Below are positions 49,530-59,677 of a stretch of DNA of 64,000 bases, in pieces; the first letter of the stretch is position 1; each line of letters opens with the position of its first letter. The DNA comes from a bacterium (GTDB lineage: Bacteria; Zhuqueibacterota; Zhuqueibacteria; Oceanimicrobiales; Oceanimicrobiaceae). The stretch lies in NCBI GenBank assembly GCA_046757025.1, contig JBHHXN010000007.1:1-64000 (forward strand), in the 5' to 3' direction. The position numbers and the translations under genes are program-made. The notes under the pieces are model-generated. The model saw only the letters and a program-made list of their open reading frames with translations. It did no database searches and was not told the DNA's origin.

Positions 49530-50327
49530 TTACCCTCTAATCAAACTTTTAATCATCTCGAATGGATTAAGGAGGCCGGATTTCCTGGTCGCTTTAAGGG
49601 GCAGAGGTTCCGGCGGAGCGATCGCTTTGCCGGCGATGGCCTTGCTGGGATTTTCACGAAATAGCAATTCGGCTCGGTCTTCTCCCCACTCGTTGGAAAC
49701 CAGGTCAAAGGCGTCTTTCAGTCTAAAGGGACGCCTGGTGGTATTGTGAGCGTCGGTGCTGATAAAATGAATCAGGTTGCAGTCCAATAATTTGACAGCG
49801 GTTTGTTTGATGGTGCCGCCATGCCGGCCCACAATACTGCCGGCGTTCATCTGCAGCAAGGCGCCGCGCTGTACAAACTCAAACGCGCGTTCAGGATAGC
49901 GAATGATTCCGCCGTTTCTTTCCGGATGCGCAATGATGGGCACCATGCCATCCAATATCAGATCAAAAAAACGCTCGGCGACAAATTTGGGGATGTCCTG
50001 CATGGGGAATTCGACTAAAAAATATTTTTTGTTGTTGTTGTAAGTGGAAATGGTATGAAACAGCTCCATATCCACTTGAGCATAAATTTCGGAACCCAGG
50101 TGCGCTTTGATGTTTAACCTGGCCTGAGAAATGCGCTTTTTTAATTCCTGGAATTTCGCTTTGATTTCATCTTCTCGTTCATAAGCCAGGTTGCTCAAAA
50201 TATGGTGGGTGATGGCAAATTCCGTTATGCCGTCTGCGGCCGCCTGATGCACCATGGCCATGGTCCCCTCCCAGTCGCCGGGGCCGTCGTCAATTCCAGG
50301 GAGTACGTGCGAGTGGATGTCTATCAA
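49530..50327 (-). CDS. PHP-family protein-tyrosine phosphatase (CpsB/YwqE-like)
   Basis: MIDIHSHVLPGIDDG, PIIAHPERN, STDAH. Confidence 0.9.
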   Translation of the reverse strand: MIDIHSHVLPGIDDGPGDWEGTMAMVHQAAADGITEFAITHHILSNLAYEREDEIKAKFQELKKRISQARLNIKAHLGSEIYAQVDMELFHTISTYNNNKKYFLVEFPMQDIPKFVAERFFDLILDGMVPIIAHPERNGGIIRYPERAFEFVQRGALLQMNAGSIVGRHGGTIKQTAVKLLDCNLIHFISTDAHNTTRRPFRLKDAFDLVSNEWGEDRAELLFRENPSKAIAGKAIAPPEPLPLKATRKSGLLNPFEMIKSLIRG

Positions 50328-50447
50328 AGCATCTCCTTATACGATTCTATTTAAACTCCGAAAGTAGTTAATTTTTGTTCATTCTACAGATACAAATGAT
50401 TTGGATTTTTGCAGATACTAAAACTCAAATTGTTCAAAATAGCACAT

Positions 50448-51188
50448 CTATCCGTGAATCGCATCGGCAAATTCCCGGATCAAGCTCAAGTCACCACCGT
50501 TTTCCAGAACGTTGCCGGTGACCACAAAGCCGGCGCCAGCCTGGACTTTGCGATGCGCATCTTCCGGTGTTTGGATGCCGCCGCCCACGATTATCGGTAA
50601 AGAAACGTAGCCATGGACGGCTGCCACCATTTCTTCCGGCACCGAATGCTCGGCTCCGCTACCCGCTTCCAGATAAATGAGTTTCATGCCCAGATATTCT
50701 GCTGACAGAGCGGTGGCTTTGGCGATATTCAGCTTGTCCCTCGGAATTGGGCGGGTGTTGCTCATAAATTCAGCCGAAGTGGTGCGCCCGGATTCAATGA
50801 GCATGTAACCCACCGAAATGGGTTCCACATCCAGTGCTTTGATCACCGGCGCCGCTTTAATTTGCTCGCCGATCAGATAAGTCGGGTTGCGGCCGCTGAT
50901 CAAAGACAGAAAGAAGATGGCATCCGCGTAGCGGGATACCTGCGTCGGGCTGCCAGGGAAAATAATGAGTGGAATATTTATCTGATTCTTGATCAATCCC
51001 ACCACATTATCGAACGAAGAAGACAGAAGTAAACTGCCGCCAATGAGCAGCCCGTCGGCACCGTAGTTGTTGGCGGCCTCAGCCAGCTCGAGCAGGTGGT
51101 CTTGCGGCCAATTGTCCGGATCGATCAAAACAAAATAACCCGCGCCGTGCTGCTTTTTTATGGTGAGAATCCGTTCTAATGTCGTCAA
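50448..51188 (-). CDS. Geranylgeranylglyceryl/heptaprenylglyceryl phosphate synthase (group II-like)
   Basis: LIDPD, IGGS, IFPG, SLISGRNP.YLIG, YLEAGSGA, VGGGI, VTGN. Confidence 0.9.
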   Translation of the reverse strand: MTTLERILTIKKQHGAGYFVLIDPDNWPQDHLLELAEAANNYGADGLLIGGSLLLSSSFDNVVGLIKNQINIPLIIFPGSPTQVSRYADAIFFLSLISGRNPTYLIGEQIKAAPVIKALDVEPISVGYMLIESGRTTSAEFMSNTRPIPRDKLNIAKATALSAEYLGMKLIYLEAGSGAEHSVPEEMVAAVHGYVSLPIIVGGGIQTPEDAHRKVQAGAGFVVTGNVLENGGDLSLIREFADAIHG

Positions 51189-51201
51189 GTCAAAAATCCT
51201 T

Positions 51202-53856
51202 TTACTGTTTCAGAAAATGCAAAACAATTTCGGGGGTTTTGGACAGCGCATGCTGCAGCTTCTGGATGTTTTTCCCGCCGGCCAGCGCCATGTGCGGCCG
51301 ACCGCCGCCGCTGCCGTCTGCCAGCGCCGCCACTCGCTTGATAATTTTACCGGCGTTGAGATTTTTCTGCCGGATCAAATCGTCCGTGACCACACAAACA
51401 AAAGACGCTTTATTGTCGATCACAGAAGCGAGCACACCGATTCCGGAACCGATTTTTGCCCGCAAGGTATCGCTGATCTTTTTGAGCTCTTCGACATTTT
51501 CAACCTGGATCTGCGAAGCCACGACTTTCAGGCCGTTGACATTTTGCGCTTCCTCCACCAGCTTTTGCATGTATTGTCCCGCCGCCTGGATGCGCAGTTG
51601 TGTCAGCTCTTTTTCAAGCAGCTGCTGGTTTTTGAGAAGGCTGGCGGTTTTCGAGTAAATGTCCTCCGCTTTACAGTTCAAAAGATCCTGAATTTGCGCC
51701 AATTGCTTTTTTTCATGACGCAGAAGGGCGTCGGCTCTTTCGCCGGTGACCGCTTCCAGTCGGCGAATCCCGGCCGCGGCGCTGGTTTCAGTCAAAATTC
51801 TGAAATAGCCCATTTCGCCGGTGTGCTGCAAATGCGTCCCGCCGCATAACTCCAGGCTGTAATCGGAGATTTTAACGACCCGCACCTGTTCGCCATATTT
51901 TTCTTCAAAAATGGCCATGGCGCCCATTTTCCGCGCTTCCACAAACGTGGTCTGCAACGTTTCCACCGCAAGATCGGCGCGAATTTTTTCATTGACGCGC
52001 TGTTCGATTTCCTCGATCTGTTGATGGTCGATTTTTTGAAAATGCGTCACATCGAATCGCAAGTGGTCCGGTGCCACCAACGAACCCGCCTGAGTCACGT
52101 GCGTTCCTAACGTTTCCCGCAGGGCTTTGTGCAGCAGGTGGGTGGCGGTGTGATTGCGAGCGGTTGATTTGCGTCGCTCCGCGTCCACCTGCGCCTGTAC
52201 TTTGGCACTTTTTATTTCGCCTGAACCAACTAATTTGCCCACGTGCACAATGTTGTTGCCCGCCCGCACCGTGTCCTGAATTTCAATTTTAAACCCGTCG
52301 CCCAGGAGCTTTCCGACATCGCCCACCTGCCCGCCGGCTTCTCCGTAAAAAGGGGTTCGATTTAATGTCAGAAAAACCTGGTCTTTCTCATGAAGAATTC
52401 GGCGAATTTCAGCTTCGGTCTCTAACTGGGAATATCCAATAAACTCAGAGTCAATACCGCCGGTCATTTCGGTCCATTTTTCCAGATCAAACTCCGCGGA
52501 ATAACTCCACTTGCCGGCTTTTCTTGCCCGTTCGCGTTGTGCCGTCATGGCCTTTTCAAATCCTTCTTCATCCACGGTCAGATTTTTTTGCCGTGCCATC
52601 AATTGCGTCAGATCAAGAGGAAAGCCGTACGTATCGTACAGTTTAAAGGCATCTTCGCCCGCGATGACGGTTTTACGGCTTTTTTGCATATCTTCAACCA
52701 CCCGCTCAAAAATTTCGATTCCCCGGTCCAGCGTGCTGTTAAAGCTTTCCTCCTCGGCTTTCAGAACCGTTGAAACGAACTGGTGTTTTTCTTTCAATTC
52801 CGGGAAAACGTCTCCCATGGTATCCACGATGACGGGTACCAGCTTGAAAATAAACGGCTCGTGCATGTTCAAATTCCGGCCAAAGCGGGCGGCCCGCCGC
52901 AGAATACGGCGCAAAACATAACCGCGCCCTTCGTTGGAAGGCATGGCGCCGTCGGTGATGGCAAAGGTGAGGGCACGAACGTGATCCGCGATCACCCGAT
53001 GAGCCACACCGCTGTCGCTGCCCGGATATTTGATGCCCGTGAGCTCGTCTATTCTGGCCAGAATCGGGGTAAAAATATCGCTGTCGTAGTTTGAATTGAG
53101 CCCGTTAAGCACGGCCGTGACGCGCTCAAATCCCATACCGGTGTCCACATGCTGTGCTGGCAAGTCAGTTAGCTGGCCATCCAGTCCGCGATTAAACTGA
53201 ATAAAAACGAGATTCCAGATCTCGATGAAGCGTGCGCAACCGGCGTTTACGGCGCAAACGTGATTGGCGTCTTTTTGCCGGTCACATTTGCCTTCGCCCA
53301 GATCATAATGAATTTCAGAGCAGGGGCCGCACGGTCCTGTGTCCCCCATTTCCCAAAAATTATCCTTTTTGCCAAATCGCAGAATGCGGTCTCTTGGGAT
53401 AGGCGTCAATTCTTTCCAGAGCGTCTCAGCTTCCTCGTCCGGCGCTAAGTTTTCGGTTTCGTCACCGCCAAACACGGTTGCCCATATTCGGTCCTTGTCC
53501 AATCCCCAAACCTTGACCAAAAGCTCCCAGGCCCATGCGATAGCTTCCTTTTTGAAATAGTCGCCAAAAGACCAGTTGCCGAGCATTTCAAAAAAAGTAT
53601 GATGATAGGTGTCAAAACCCACATCTTCCAGGTCGTTGTGTTTGCCGCTCACGCGGATGCATTTCTGTGTGTTGGCGGCGCGTTGACATTGGCGGCTTTC
53701 TTGTCCCAGGAAAATTTTTTTAAATTGATTCATACCGGCGTTGATAAAATACAAACTCGGATCATCAAAAGGCACCACCGGCGAACTGGGCACAAATTCG
53801 TGATCTTTGCTCTTGAAAAATTCAATAAATGTGTTGCGAATGTCTCTCGATTTCAT
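51202..53856 (-). CDS. alaS: Alanine--tRNA ligase
   Basis: NAGMNQFK, HHTFFEMLGNWSFGDYFK, DTGMGFER, NHTATHLLH, ELCGGTH, GGGRP. Confidence 0.98.
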   Translation of the reverse strand: MKSRDIRNTFIEFFKSKDHEFVPSSPVVPFDDPSLYFINAGMNQFKKIFLGQESRQCQRAANTQKCIRVSGKHNDLEDVGFDTYHHTFFEMLGNWSFGDYFKKEAIAWAWELLVKVWGLDKDRIWATVFGGDETENLAPDEEAETLWKELTPIPRDRILRFGKKDNFWEMGDTGPCGPCSEIHYDLGEGKCDRQKDANHVCAVNAGCARFIEIWNLVFIQFNRGLDGQLTDLPAQHVDTGMGFERVTAVLNGLNSNYDSDIFTPILARIDELTGIKYPGSDSGVAHRVIADHVRALTFAITDGAMPSNEGRGYVLRRILRRAARFGRNLNMHEPFIFKLVPVIVDTMGDVFPELKEKHQFVSTVLKAEEESFNSTLDRGIEIFERVVEDMQKSRKTVIAGEDAFKLYDTYGFPLDLTQLMARQKNLTVDEEGFEKAMTAQRERARKAGKWSYSAEFDLEKWTEMTGGIDSEFIGYSQLETEAEIRRILHEKDQVFLTLNRTPFYGEAGGQVGDVGKLLGDGFKIEIQDTVRAGNNIVHVGKLVGSGEIKSAKVQAQVDAERRKSTARNHTATHLLHKALRETLGTHVTQAGSLVAPDHLRFDVTHFQKIDHQQIEEIEQRVNEKIRADLAVETLQTTFVEARKMGAMAIFEEKYGEQVRVVKISDYSLELCGGTHLQHTGEMGYFRILTETSAAAGIRRLEAVTGERADALLRHEKKQLAQIQDLLNCKAEDIYSKTASLLKNQQLLEKELTQLRIQAAGQYMQKLVEEAQNVNGLKVVASQIQVENVEELKKISDTLRAKIGSGIGVLASVIDNKASFVCVVTDDLIRQKNLNAGKIIKRVAALADGSGGGRPHMALAGGKNIQKLQHALSKTPEIVLHFLKQ

Positions 53857-53951
53857 TTTCTACTCGAATCTTTCTCCATCTTTGCACGTTTCAGAGATTT
53901 TCGGCAATCCTGCATGAATTAATAAAAGATGGCCGGAATATTACACAAGTT

Positions 53952-54587
53952 TCACCTTTCTTCAACGACTTCCTTCACCACTTCCCAATCAAATCCCCGG
54001 CGCACGAGAAAATCGCTCATGCGTTTTTTGGCTTGCCAGGCATCCAAATTTTGATAGCGCGCTTTATGTTTGTTAAATAATTCAGCGGCGATGTCTTTTT
54101 GACTTTTTTCTGAATAAACCTCTGAGATGGCGTTTTCAACCACGGCTTCAATTACGCCTTTCTGCAACAGCTCCCTCCGCAAAACATGCTCACCCACCGG
54201 CCGATTGACCATGCGACTGCGAGCAAATGTCCGGGCAAAAGCCTCATCGTCCACCAAACCGGCGTCGGCCAATTTTGTCATGACCTCTTCGATCAGACTC
54301 CGGTTAAAACCTCGAAGCCGAAGCTTCGTTTTCAATTCGTGTTCACTGTGCGCACGCCCTGCCAGAAAACGCAGCGCTTTATCCCGAATTTTCTTTTTTT
54401 CTTCTTGCAGCAGGATCTGGGTTACTTGTTCCTCGGTGAGAAAATCACCCTTTCTTAAACCTAACTGCCCGACAATGGTTAGGTCCAGACCAAAGGCAAA
54501 TTCATCGTTGAGATAAATGGCCGCTCGCCTTTTATTCTTTTTTTGAACCTCTATTTTTGAAATTTGTGCTGGATATTGCGCGTCCAT
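53952..54587 (-). CDS. recX: Regulatory protein RecX
   Basis: HSEHEL..KL, VDDEAFA, LVRRGF; directly downstream of recA. Confidence 0.9.
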   Translation of the reverse strand: MDAQYPAQISKIEVQKKNKRRAAIYLNDEFAFGLDLTIVGQLGLRKGDFLTEEQVTQILLQEEKKKIRDKALRFLAGRAHSEHELKTKLRLRGFNRSLIEEVMTKLADAGLVDDEAFARTFARSRMVNRPVGEHVLRRELLQKGVIEAVVENAISEVYSEKSQKDIAAELFNKHKARYQNLDAWQAKKRMSDFLVRRGFDWEVVKEVVEER

Positions 54588-54604
54588 TCAATCACAAATT
54601 GACC

Positions 54605-55675
54605 TTAAGCATTTTGAGCTGTGCTCGTCGCCTTTTGTTGTGGTTTGGCGTCTTGCGCTTTGGCGTTTGCCGATTTGTTGAGCCCCAGGGCCTCCCGCAC
54701 CTGCAGGGTGATTTTTTTCAGCAAATCCGGGCTTTGAATGAGATATTGCTTGACATTCTCGCGCCCCTGGCCCAAACGTTCTTCGCCATACGAAAACCAG
54801 GTGCCGCTTTTTTGGATCAGGTTGTGCTTCACAGCGGTATCGATGATGTCTCCTTCCTGTGAGATTCCTGTGCCGTACATGATATCAAATTCCGCTTCCC
54901 GAAACGGCGGGGCTACTTTATTTTTCACCACTTTCACTTTGGTACGGTTGCCGATGATATTTTCCGAATCTTTGATGGAAGCGGTTCGGCGGATGTCGAT
55001 GCGTACGGTAGAATAAAACTTCAGCGCACGGCCGCCGGTGGTGGTTTCCGGATTGCCGAACATCACACCGATTTTTTCGCGAATCTGGTTGATGAATATG
55101 ACGCAAGTCTTGGACTTACTGATGGCGCCGGCCAGCTTGCGCATGGCCTGCGACATCAAACGCGCTTGCAGACCCATTTGCGCGTCTCCCATGTCGCCTT
55201 CGATTTCCGCTCGGGGAACCAGCGCTGCCACCGAGTCAATGACGACGACGTCCAGGGCGCCGCTGCGTACCAGGGTCTCGGTGATTTCCAGCGCCTGCTC
55301 ACCGGTGTCCGGCTGTGAAATAAGCAGGTTGTCGGTATCCACTCCCAGATTTTTGGCGTAGCGCGCGTCCAGTGCGTGTTCTGCATCCACAAAGGCGGCC
55401 AGGCCATTGCGCTTTTGCGCCTCCGCGATGATGTGCAGCGTCAGGGTGGTTTTACCCGACGATTCCGGTCCGAAAACCTCGATTATCCGGCCGCGTGGAA
55501 CGCCTCCAACCCCCAGAGCCGCATCCAATGAAATGGAGCCTGTGGGAATAGCCGCGATACCTGCCGTCTTTTTCTCATCACCCAAGCGCATAATGGAGCC
55601 CTTACCAAATTGACGGTCGATTTGGGTCATCGCCAATTCCAGCGCTTTTAACTTTTCATTTTTTTCCTCGCTCAT
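54605..55675 (-). CDS. recA: Recombinase A
   Basis: [33 protein letters not shown]. Confidence 0.99.
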   Translation of the reverse strand: MSEEKNEKLKALELAMTQIDRQFGKGSIMRLGDEKKTAGIAAIPTGSISLDAALGVGGVPRGRIIEVFGPESSGKTTLTLHIIAEAQKRNGLAAFVDAEHALDARYAKNLGVDTDNLLISQPDTGEQALEITETLVRSGALDVVVIDSVAALVPRAEIEGDMGDAQMGLQARLMSQAMRKLAGAISKSKTCVIFINQIREKIGVMFGNPETTTGGRALKFYSTVRIDIRRTASIKDSENIIGNRTKVKVVKNKVAPPFREAEFDIMYGTGISQEGDIIDTAVKHNLIQKSGTWFSYGEERLGQGRENVKQYLIQSPDLLKKITLQVREALGLNKSANAKAQDAKPQQKATSTAQNA

Positions 55676-55708
55676 TCTGCACCCCTCCGATTTATTAGTG
55701 CTATATTT

Positions 55709-56278
55709 TTACTCATTGTAAGCTAACTTAATTTTACGTAATGGTGTATAAAGCGCACCGCTCGGTAGTAAATCGCTTCTCATCACAACGATCTCCTGTG
55801 CGTGTGTTTCGCCACCTTCGAACTGATATTTGATTATTTTATCCACAAATGTTTTGTTGACAACCGATTTCACTCGGCCAATTGTCAGATGCGGTGTGAA
55901 ACTTCTCGGTTCCTTTTTAAAACCCAATTGACTCATCCCTTCCTCCAAACGTGAAACCAGTTTGGCGAACTCTTCATGCACATTCTCAATGCCAGCCCAG
56001 ATCACTCGCGGCCGATTTACATTGGGGAACACACCCAAACCGGCGACCTTAAATGAAAAAGCGCGCCATTCCTGACCCAGCGTGGTCAGAACATCGGCGA
56101 TATTCAAAATCACTTTTTCTTCTACCTCCCCCAAAAATTTTAATGTCAGATGAACATTTTCTGGCCGGGTCCAGCTTATGCGCTCACCACTTTTTTTTAA
56201 ATCTTCCTGTACTTCCGCAATTCTTTTTCTGACGTCTTCGGAAATTTCAATGGCAATAAAAGTTCGAATTAAAGACAT
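55709..56278 (-). CDS. thpR: RNA 2',3'-cyclic phosphodiesterase (2H family)
   Basis: RTFIAI, HLTLKFLG, PHLTIGR. Confidence 0.93.
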   Translation of the reverse strand: MSLIRTFIAIEISEDVRKRIAEVQEDLKKSGERISWTRPENVHLTLKFLGEVEEKVILNIADVLTTLGQEWRAFSFKVAGLGVFPNVNRPRVIWAGIENVHEEFAKLVSRLEEGMSQLGFKKEPRSFTPHLTIGRVKSVVNKTFVDKIIKYQFEGGETHAQEIVVMRSDLLPSGALYTPLRKIKLAYNE

Positions 56279-56305
56279 GTTTAACCCGGCTTAAATTTTC
56301 CCTGT

Positions 56306-57538
56306 TTATGGTTTTAAAATTTCCCTTCGCAGTAAATTTAATGCAGCCTGCACGGTGCGCTCTTTGTTCAGGAGACGGTCTTTGAAAAAATGAAATTTCT
56401 TACTGAAGCATCTTTCCTTTTGAGCCAGACCAACGTAAACCAAACCCACTGGTTTTTCGGGTGTGCCGCCAGTGGGTCCGGCAATGCCGGTAGTAGAAAG
56501 TCCGAAATCCGCTCCGCTGATTTTTTTCACTCCCCCCGCCATGGCTCCGGCAACCTGCGGGCTGACTGCGCCATATTTATCTAACAAATCTTGAGGAACC
56601 CGCAGCAGCTGCATTTTGGCTTCGTTGCTGTAAGCGATCACGCCTCTCTCAAAATAGTTGGAGCTGCCGGAAATATTGGTCAGTTTGTTCGACAACAATC
56701 CTCCTGTGCACGACTCCGCCACCCCCAAGGTTTTGTGATTTTCCAACAGCAACTTCGCAACCGTCTGTTCCAATTCTTCTTCATCGAATGCATAAACATA
56801 TTTGCCAATTTTTTCAACAAAAAAAGCCAGCGCCTTTTCAATGTTTGTTTGGCACTCTTGTAGAATTTCTCCTCTGGCGGTGAGTCGAATATCCACCCCT
56901 GCTGCTTTAGGCAAGAAGGCCACTTTCACAAACTTTTGGATATTTTTCAGATCACCGATTCGCTCAAACAGCGTGGATTCCGGTAAACCCGTGGTGCGAA
57001 TGGTTTTTTGCACAATTTTTTGTGATTGATCTGCGAGGGTTGAAAAAACGCTCTGTTCGCATATAGCTTTCATTTCTGCCGGTACGCCGGGTAAAATGAA
57101 GCATTTTTTGCCATTTTTGTGAAAGAGCAATCCGGGAGCGCTCCCAAGTGGATTTTCCAGCACCCGGGCTTTTTCAGGAACCAGGGCCTGCTCTTCATTG
57201 ACCGCTGCCATTTTAATTCCACGTTTCGAAAACTCTCGCTTCAACCGCTCTAAAATATCCGCCCGGAAAATTAATTTCGACTGGAAGAAATCTGCCGCCA
57301 CGGTTTTAGTGATATCGTCGTGGGTGGGTCCCAGCCCACCGGTGGCGATCACCACCTCGCTGCGACTCATGGACAAAGCGAGGGCCTGTTTCAGATCCCC
57401 GGCATGGTCGCCCACCGTGGTCACCCATTTGATTTCGTATCCGAGTCGGGTTAAATGCTTTGACAAATAAGCTGCGTTGGTGTTGACGATTTGACCGATT
57501 AAAAGTTCATCACCGATGGAAAGGATTTCAGCAATCAT
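56306..57538 (-). CDS. cinA: Competence/damage-inducible protein CinA (with NMN deamidase domain)
   Basis: IGDELL.G..NTN, GGLGPTHDDIT, AESCTGG, TGIAGP. Confidence 0.95.
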   Translation of the reverse strand: MIAEILSIGDELLIGQIVNTNAAYLSKHLTRLGYEIKWVTTVGDHAGDLKQALALSMSRSEVVIATGGLGPTHDDITKTVAADFFQSKLIFRADILERLKREFSKRGIKMAAVNEEQALVPEKARVLENPLGSAPGLLFHKNGKKCFILPGVPAEMKAICEQSVFSTLADQSQKIVQKTIRTTGLPESTLFERIGDLKNIQKFVKVAFLPKAAGVDIRLTARGEILQECQTNIEKALAFFVEKIGKYVYAFDEEELEQTVAKLLLENHKTLGVAESCTGGLLSNKLTNISGSSNYFERGVIAYSNEAKMQLLRVPQDLLDKYGAVSPQVAGAMAGGVKKISGADFGLSTTGIAGPTGGTPEKPVGLVYVGLAQKERCFSKKFHFFKDRLLNKERTVQAALNLLRREILKP

Positions 57539-57993
57539 AGAACTTTATGTACAATAAAAAAAATCAATCGCAAGCTGACGGCGCTGTAAATTCCTGCCAC
57601 TACATCGTCCATCATCACGCCCCACCCGCGGGGCAGACGTTCAGTATTTTTCGCTGGAAAAATTTTAACAATATCAAATAATCTAAAAAGAATGAATCCA
57701 ATTGCAAGCCATATAATTTTTTTTTCAAATAAAATAAATGTAATAAACGTGCCGACTACTTCATCGATTACAATAATCTGGTTGTCGTTTACGCTGGTTT
57801 GTTTTTCAACTTCGGAGGCAGCCCAGACACCCACTAAAAAAGTTAAAGCGATAAAACCTAAAAAATAGATCTTTTCGCTTCCAGGAATGATCCAATACAA
57901 AAAAAGCCCCAAAAAACTACCCATGGTTCCGGGAAAGAATGGGGCATATCCAAAAAAGAAACCTGTCGCAATGACGCGGGAAATCAGATGCAT
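57535..57993 (-). CDS. pgpA: Phosphatidylglycerophosphatase A
   Basis: PGTMGS, IVIDEVVG, FRLFDIVK, GVMMDDVVAG. Confidence 0.93.
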   Translation of the reverse strand: MHLISRVIATGFFFGYAPFFPGTMGSFLGLFLYWIIPGSEKIYFLGFIALTFLVGVWAASEVEKQTSVNDNQIIVIDEVVGTFITFILFEKKIIWLAIGFILFRLFDIVKIFPAKNTERLPRGWGVMMDDVVAGIYSAVSLRLIFFIVHKVL

Positions 57994-58617
57994 TTATCGA
58001 ACGTTTGTGGGCACGAATACGCGATAAAAAGCTACGGCCGCTCGTTTAAGTTGCTGGCGGTTTTCGATCAGGTAGCTCAATCCGGTGGCCGCGGTAAAAA
58101 ACGTGACGAGCAGCATCAAGTTTTCCACAACATTCCAATCCTTGATAAAGATGACGGCAACCGGCAATTCGGAAACTCCTTCGTAACTTTTTTCTGTGAT
58201 GATCCAGATTAAAATCAGGTAGATAGCAGCCATCTGGCAGACCGTTTTCCATTTGGCAAAATTGCTGGTAACGAATTTCCTGCCTTTCGAAAGGGCGTAA
58301 GAACGCAATCCGGTAATCAAAATATCCCGAAGAGCAATAATGATAAACATCCACAGTTTCATATAACCTAAATAGGTAAATATTCCAAATGAAGTAGAAA
58401 TCAGGAGTTTATCAGCCAGGGGATCCAAATATTTGCCGGTGGAAGTGACGTTGCCCGATTTACGCGCGATATAACCGTCATACCAATCTGTGATCGAAGC
58501 GAAAATAAAAATGAGCAGCGCAGCATACTTGCAATAAATTGACTCAAACAATAAAAAAATCGCAAAAATAGGGGTTGCAATCATGCGAGCCACGGTCCAT
58601 TTGTTGGGATGAGACAT
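57994..58617 (-). CDS. pgsA: CDP-diacylglycerol--glycerol-3-phosphate 3-phosphatidyltransferase
   Basis: PN..T..R, TDWYDGYIAR, GKYLDPLADK. Confidence 0.9.
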   Translation of the reverse strand: MSHPNKWTVARMIATPIFAIFLLFESIYCKYAALLIFIFASITDWYDGYIARKSGNVTSTGKYLDPLADKLLISTSFGIFTYLGYMKLWMFIIIALRDILITGLRSYALSKGRKFVTSNFAKWKTVCQMAAIYLILIWIITEKSYEGVSELPVAVIFIKDWNVVENLMLLVTFFTAATGLSYLIENRQQLKRAAVAFYRVFVPTNVR

Positions 58618-58673
58618 AAAAATCTCTCTAATTATTGAATAAAAATTAAAACACCTTTTAATTGGCTAAACTT

Positions 58674-59270
58674 TTACAGAACAATTCTACCTTCTAATGC
58701 CCGGGTCAAAGTGATTTCATCAGCGTATTCGATATCTCCTCCCACAGGAATTCCGCGTGCGATGCGGCTAATCTTGACATTCAAAGGCTTAATGAGTTTT
58801 TCTAAATACAGGGCCGTGGCTTCCCCTTCCGCATTGGGATTGGAGGCGATGATGACTTCGTTAATTGTACTATCCAATCGGGATAAAAGTTCTTTAATGT
58901 GAAGATCTTCTGGCGCGATACCTTCCAGCGGCGACAAGGCGCCACCCAACACATGGTACAATCCTTTGTACTCGCCGGTTTTTTCTAACGCTAAAACGTC
59001 ATTAGCTTCTTCCACAACACATATCGTGCTGCGGTCCCTCTGGTTGCTAACACAAATGTAGCACGGATTTTCTTCGGTAATGTTAAAACACTGATTGCAG
59101 AAATTGACTTTTTCTTTGATAGCGATGAGCGCATCGGCGAGCTCCTGGACTTCCCACTTAGGAGATTTTAGCAGATAAAAAACCAAGCGCTGGGCGGACT
59201 TACGGCCGATTCCCGGAAGTTTTGAAAATTCCGAAATGGCCTTTTCCATGGAAACGGATGGATACTGCAT
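58674..59270 (-). CDS. recR: Recombination mediator RecR
   Basis: LPGIGRKSAQR, C4 zinc finger, YHVLGG, EGEATA. Confidence 0.97.
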   Translation of the reverse strand: MQYPSVSMEKAISEFSKLPGIGRKSAQRLVFYLLKSPKWEVQELADALIAIKEKVNFCNQCFNITEENPCYICVSNQRDRSTICVVEEANDVLALEKTGEYKGLYHVLGGALSPLEGIAPEDLHIKELLSRLDSTINEVIIASNPNAEGEATALYLEKLIKPLNVKISRIARGIPVGGDIEYADEITLTRALEGRIVL

Positions 59271-59306
59271 TGTGTCTAAACTGACCTCGATGATACAAAT
59301 AGAATT

Positions 59307-59645
59307 TTAAAAACCTGGAATTTTGAAACCCGGCGGCAAATTCCCGAGCATGCCGCTGGTCACTTTCCCCATTTCTTGAGATGCCAAATCCTGAGCATTT
59401 TGAAGCGCCTGATTGGTTGCCGCCACCACCAGGTCTTCCAGCATTTCGATGTCTTCCGGATCCACCACTTGTTTATCGATTCGTATCTCCAGGATTTCCT
59501 GTTTGCCGTTGGCCACCGCCGTCACCATACCGCCGCCCGCGCTGCCTTCGGCTTGTAAATTGCCAAGTTCATCCTGAACTTTTTGCATTTTTTCTTGCAT
59601 CTTTTGGGCTTGTTTGATTATATCGCCCATACCCGGCTTGGCCAT
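59307..59645 (-). CDS. ybaB: Nucleoid-associated protein YbaB/EbfC
   Basis: [23 protein letters not shown]. Confidence 0.95.
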   Translation of the reverse strand: MAKPGMGDIIKQAQKMQEKMQKVQDELGNLQAEGSAGGGMVTAVANGKQEILEIRIDKQVVDPEDIEMLEDLVVAATNQALQNAQDLASQEMGKVTSGMLGNLPPGFKIPGF

Positions 59646-59677
59646 ATCATTCTCCTTAATATATTGTTACGACTGCT

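Noticed and set aside
49530..50327. CpsB-like phosphatase as a sign of a capsule locus
   Set aside because: No tyrosine kinase, Wzx/Wzy or glycosyltransferase genes nearby
51160..51849. 229-aa plus-strand ORF, and similar antisense ORFs over glyS, atpA, atpD, lptD and the TPR genes
   Set aside because: Shadow ORFs opposite well-conserved genes, with no recognisable motifs
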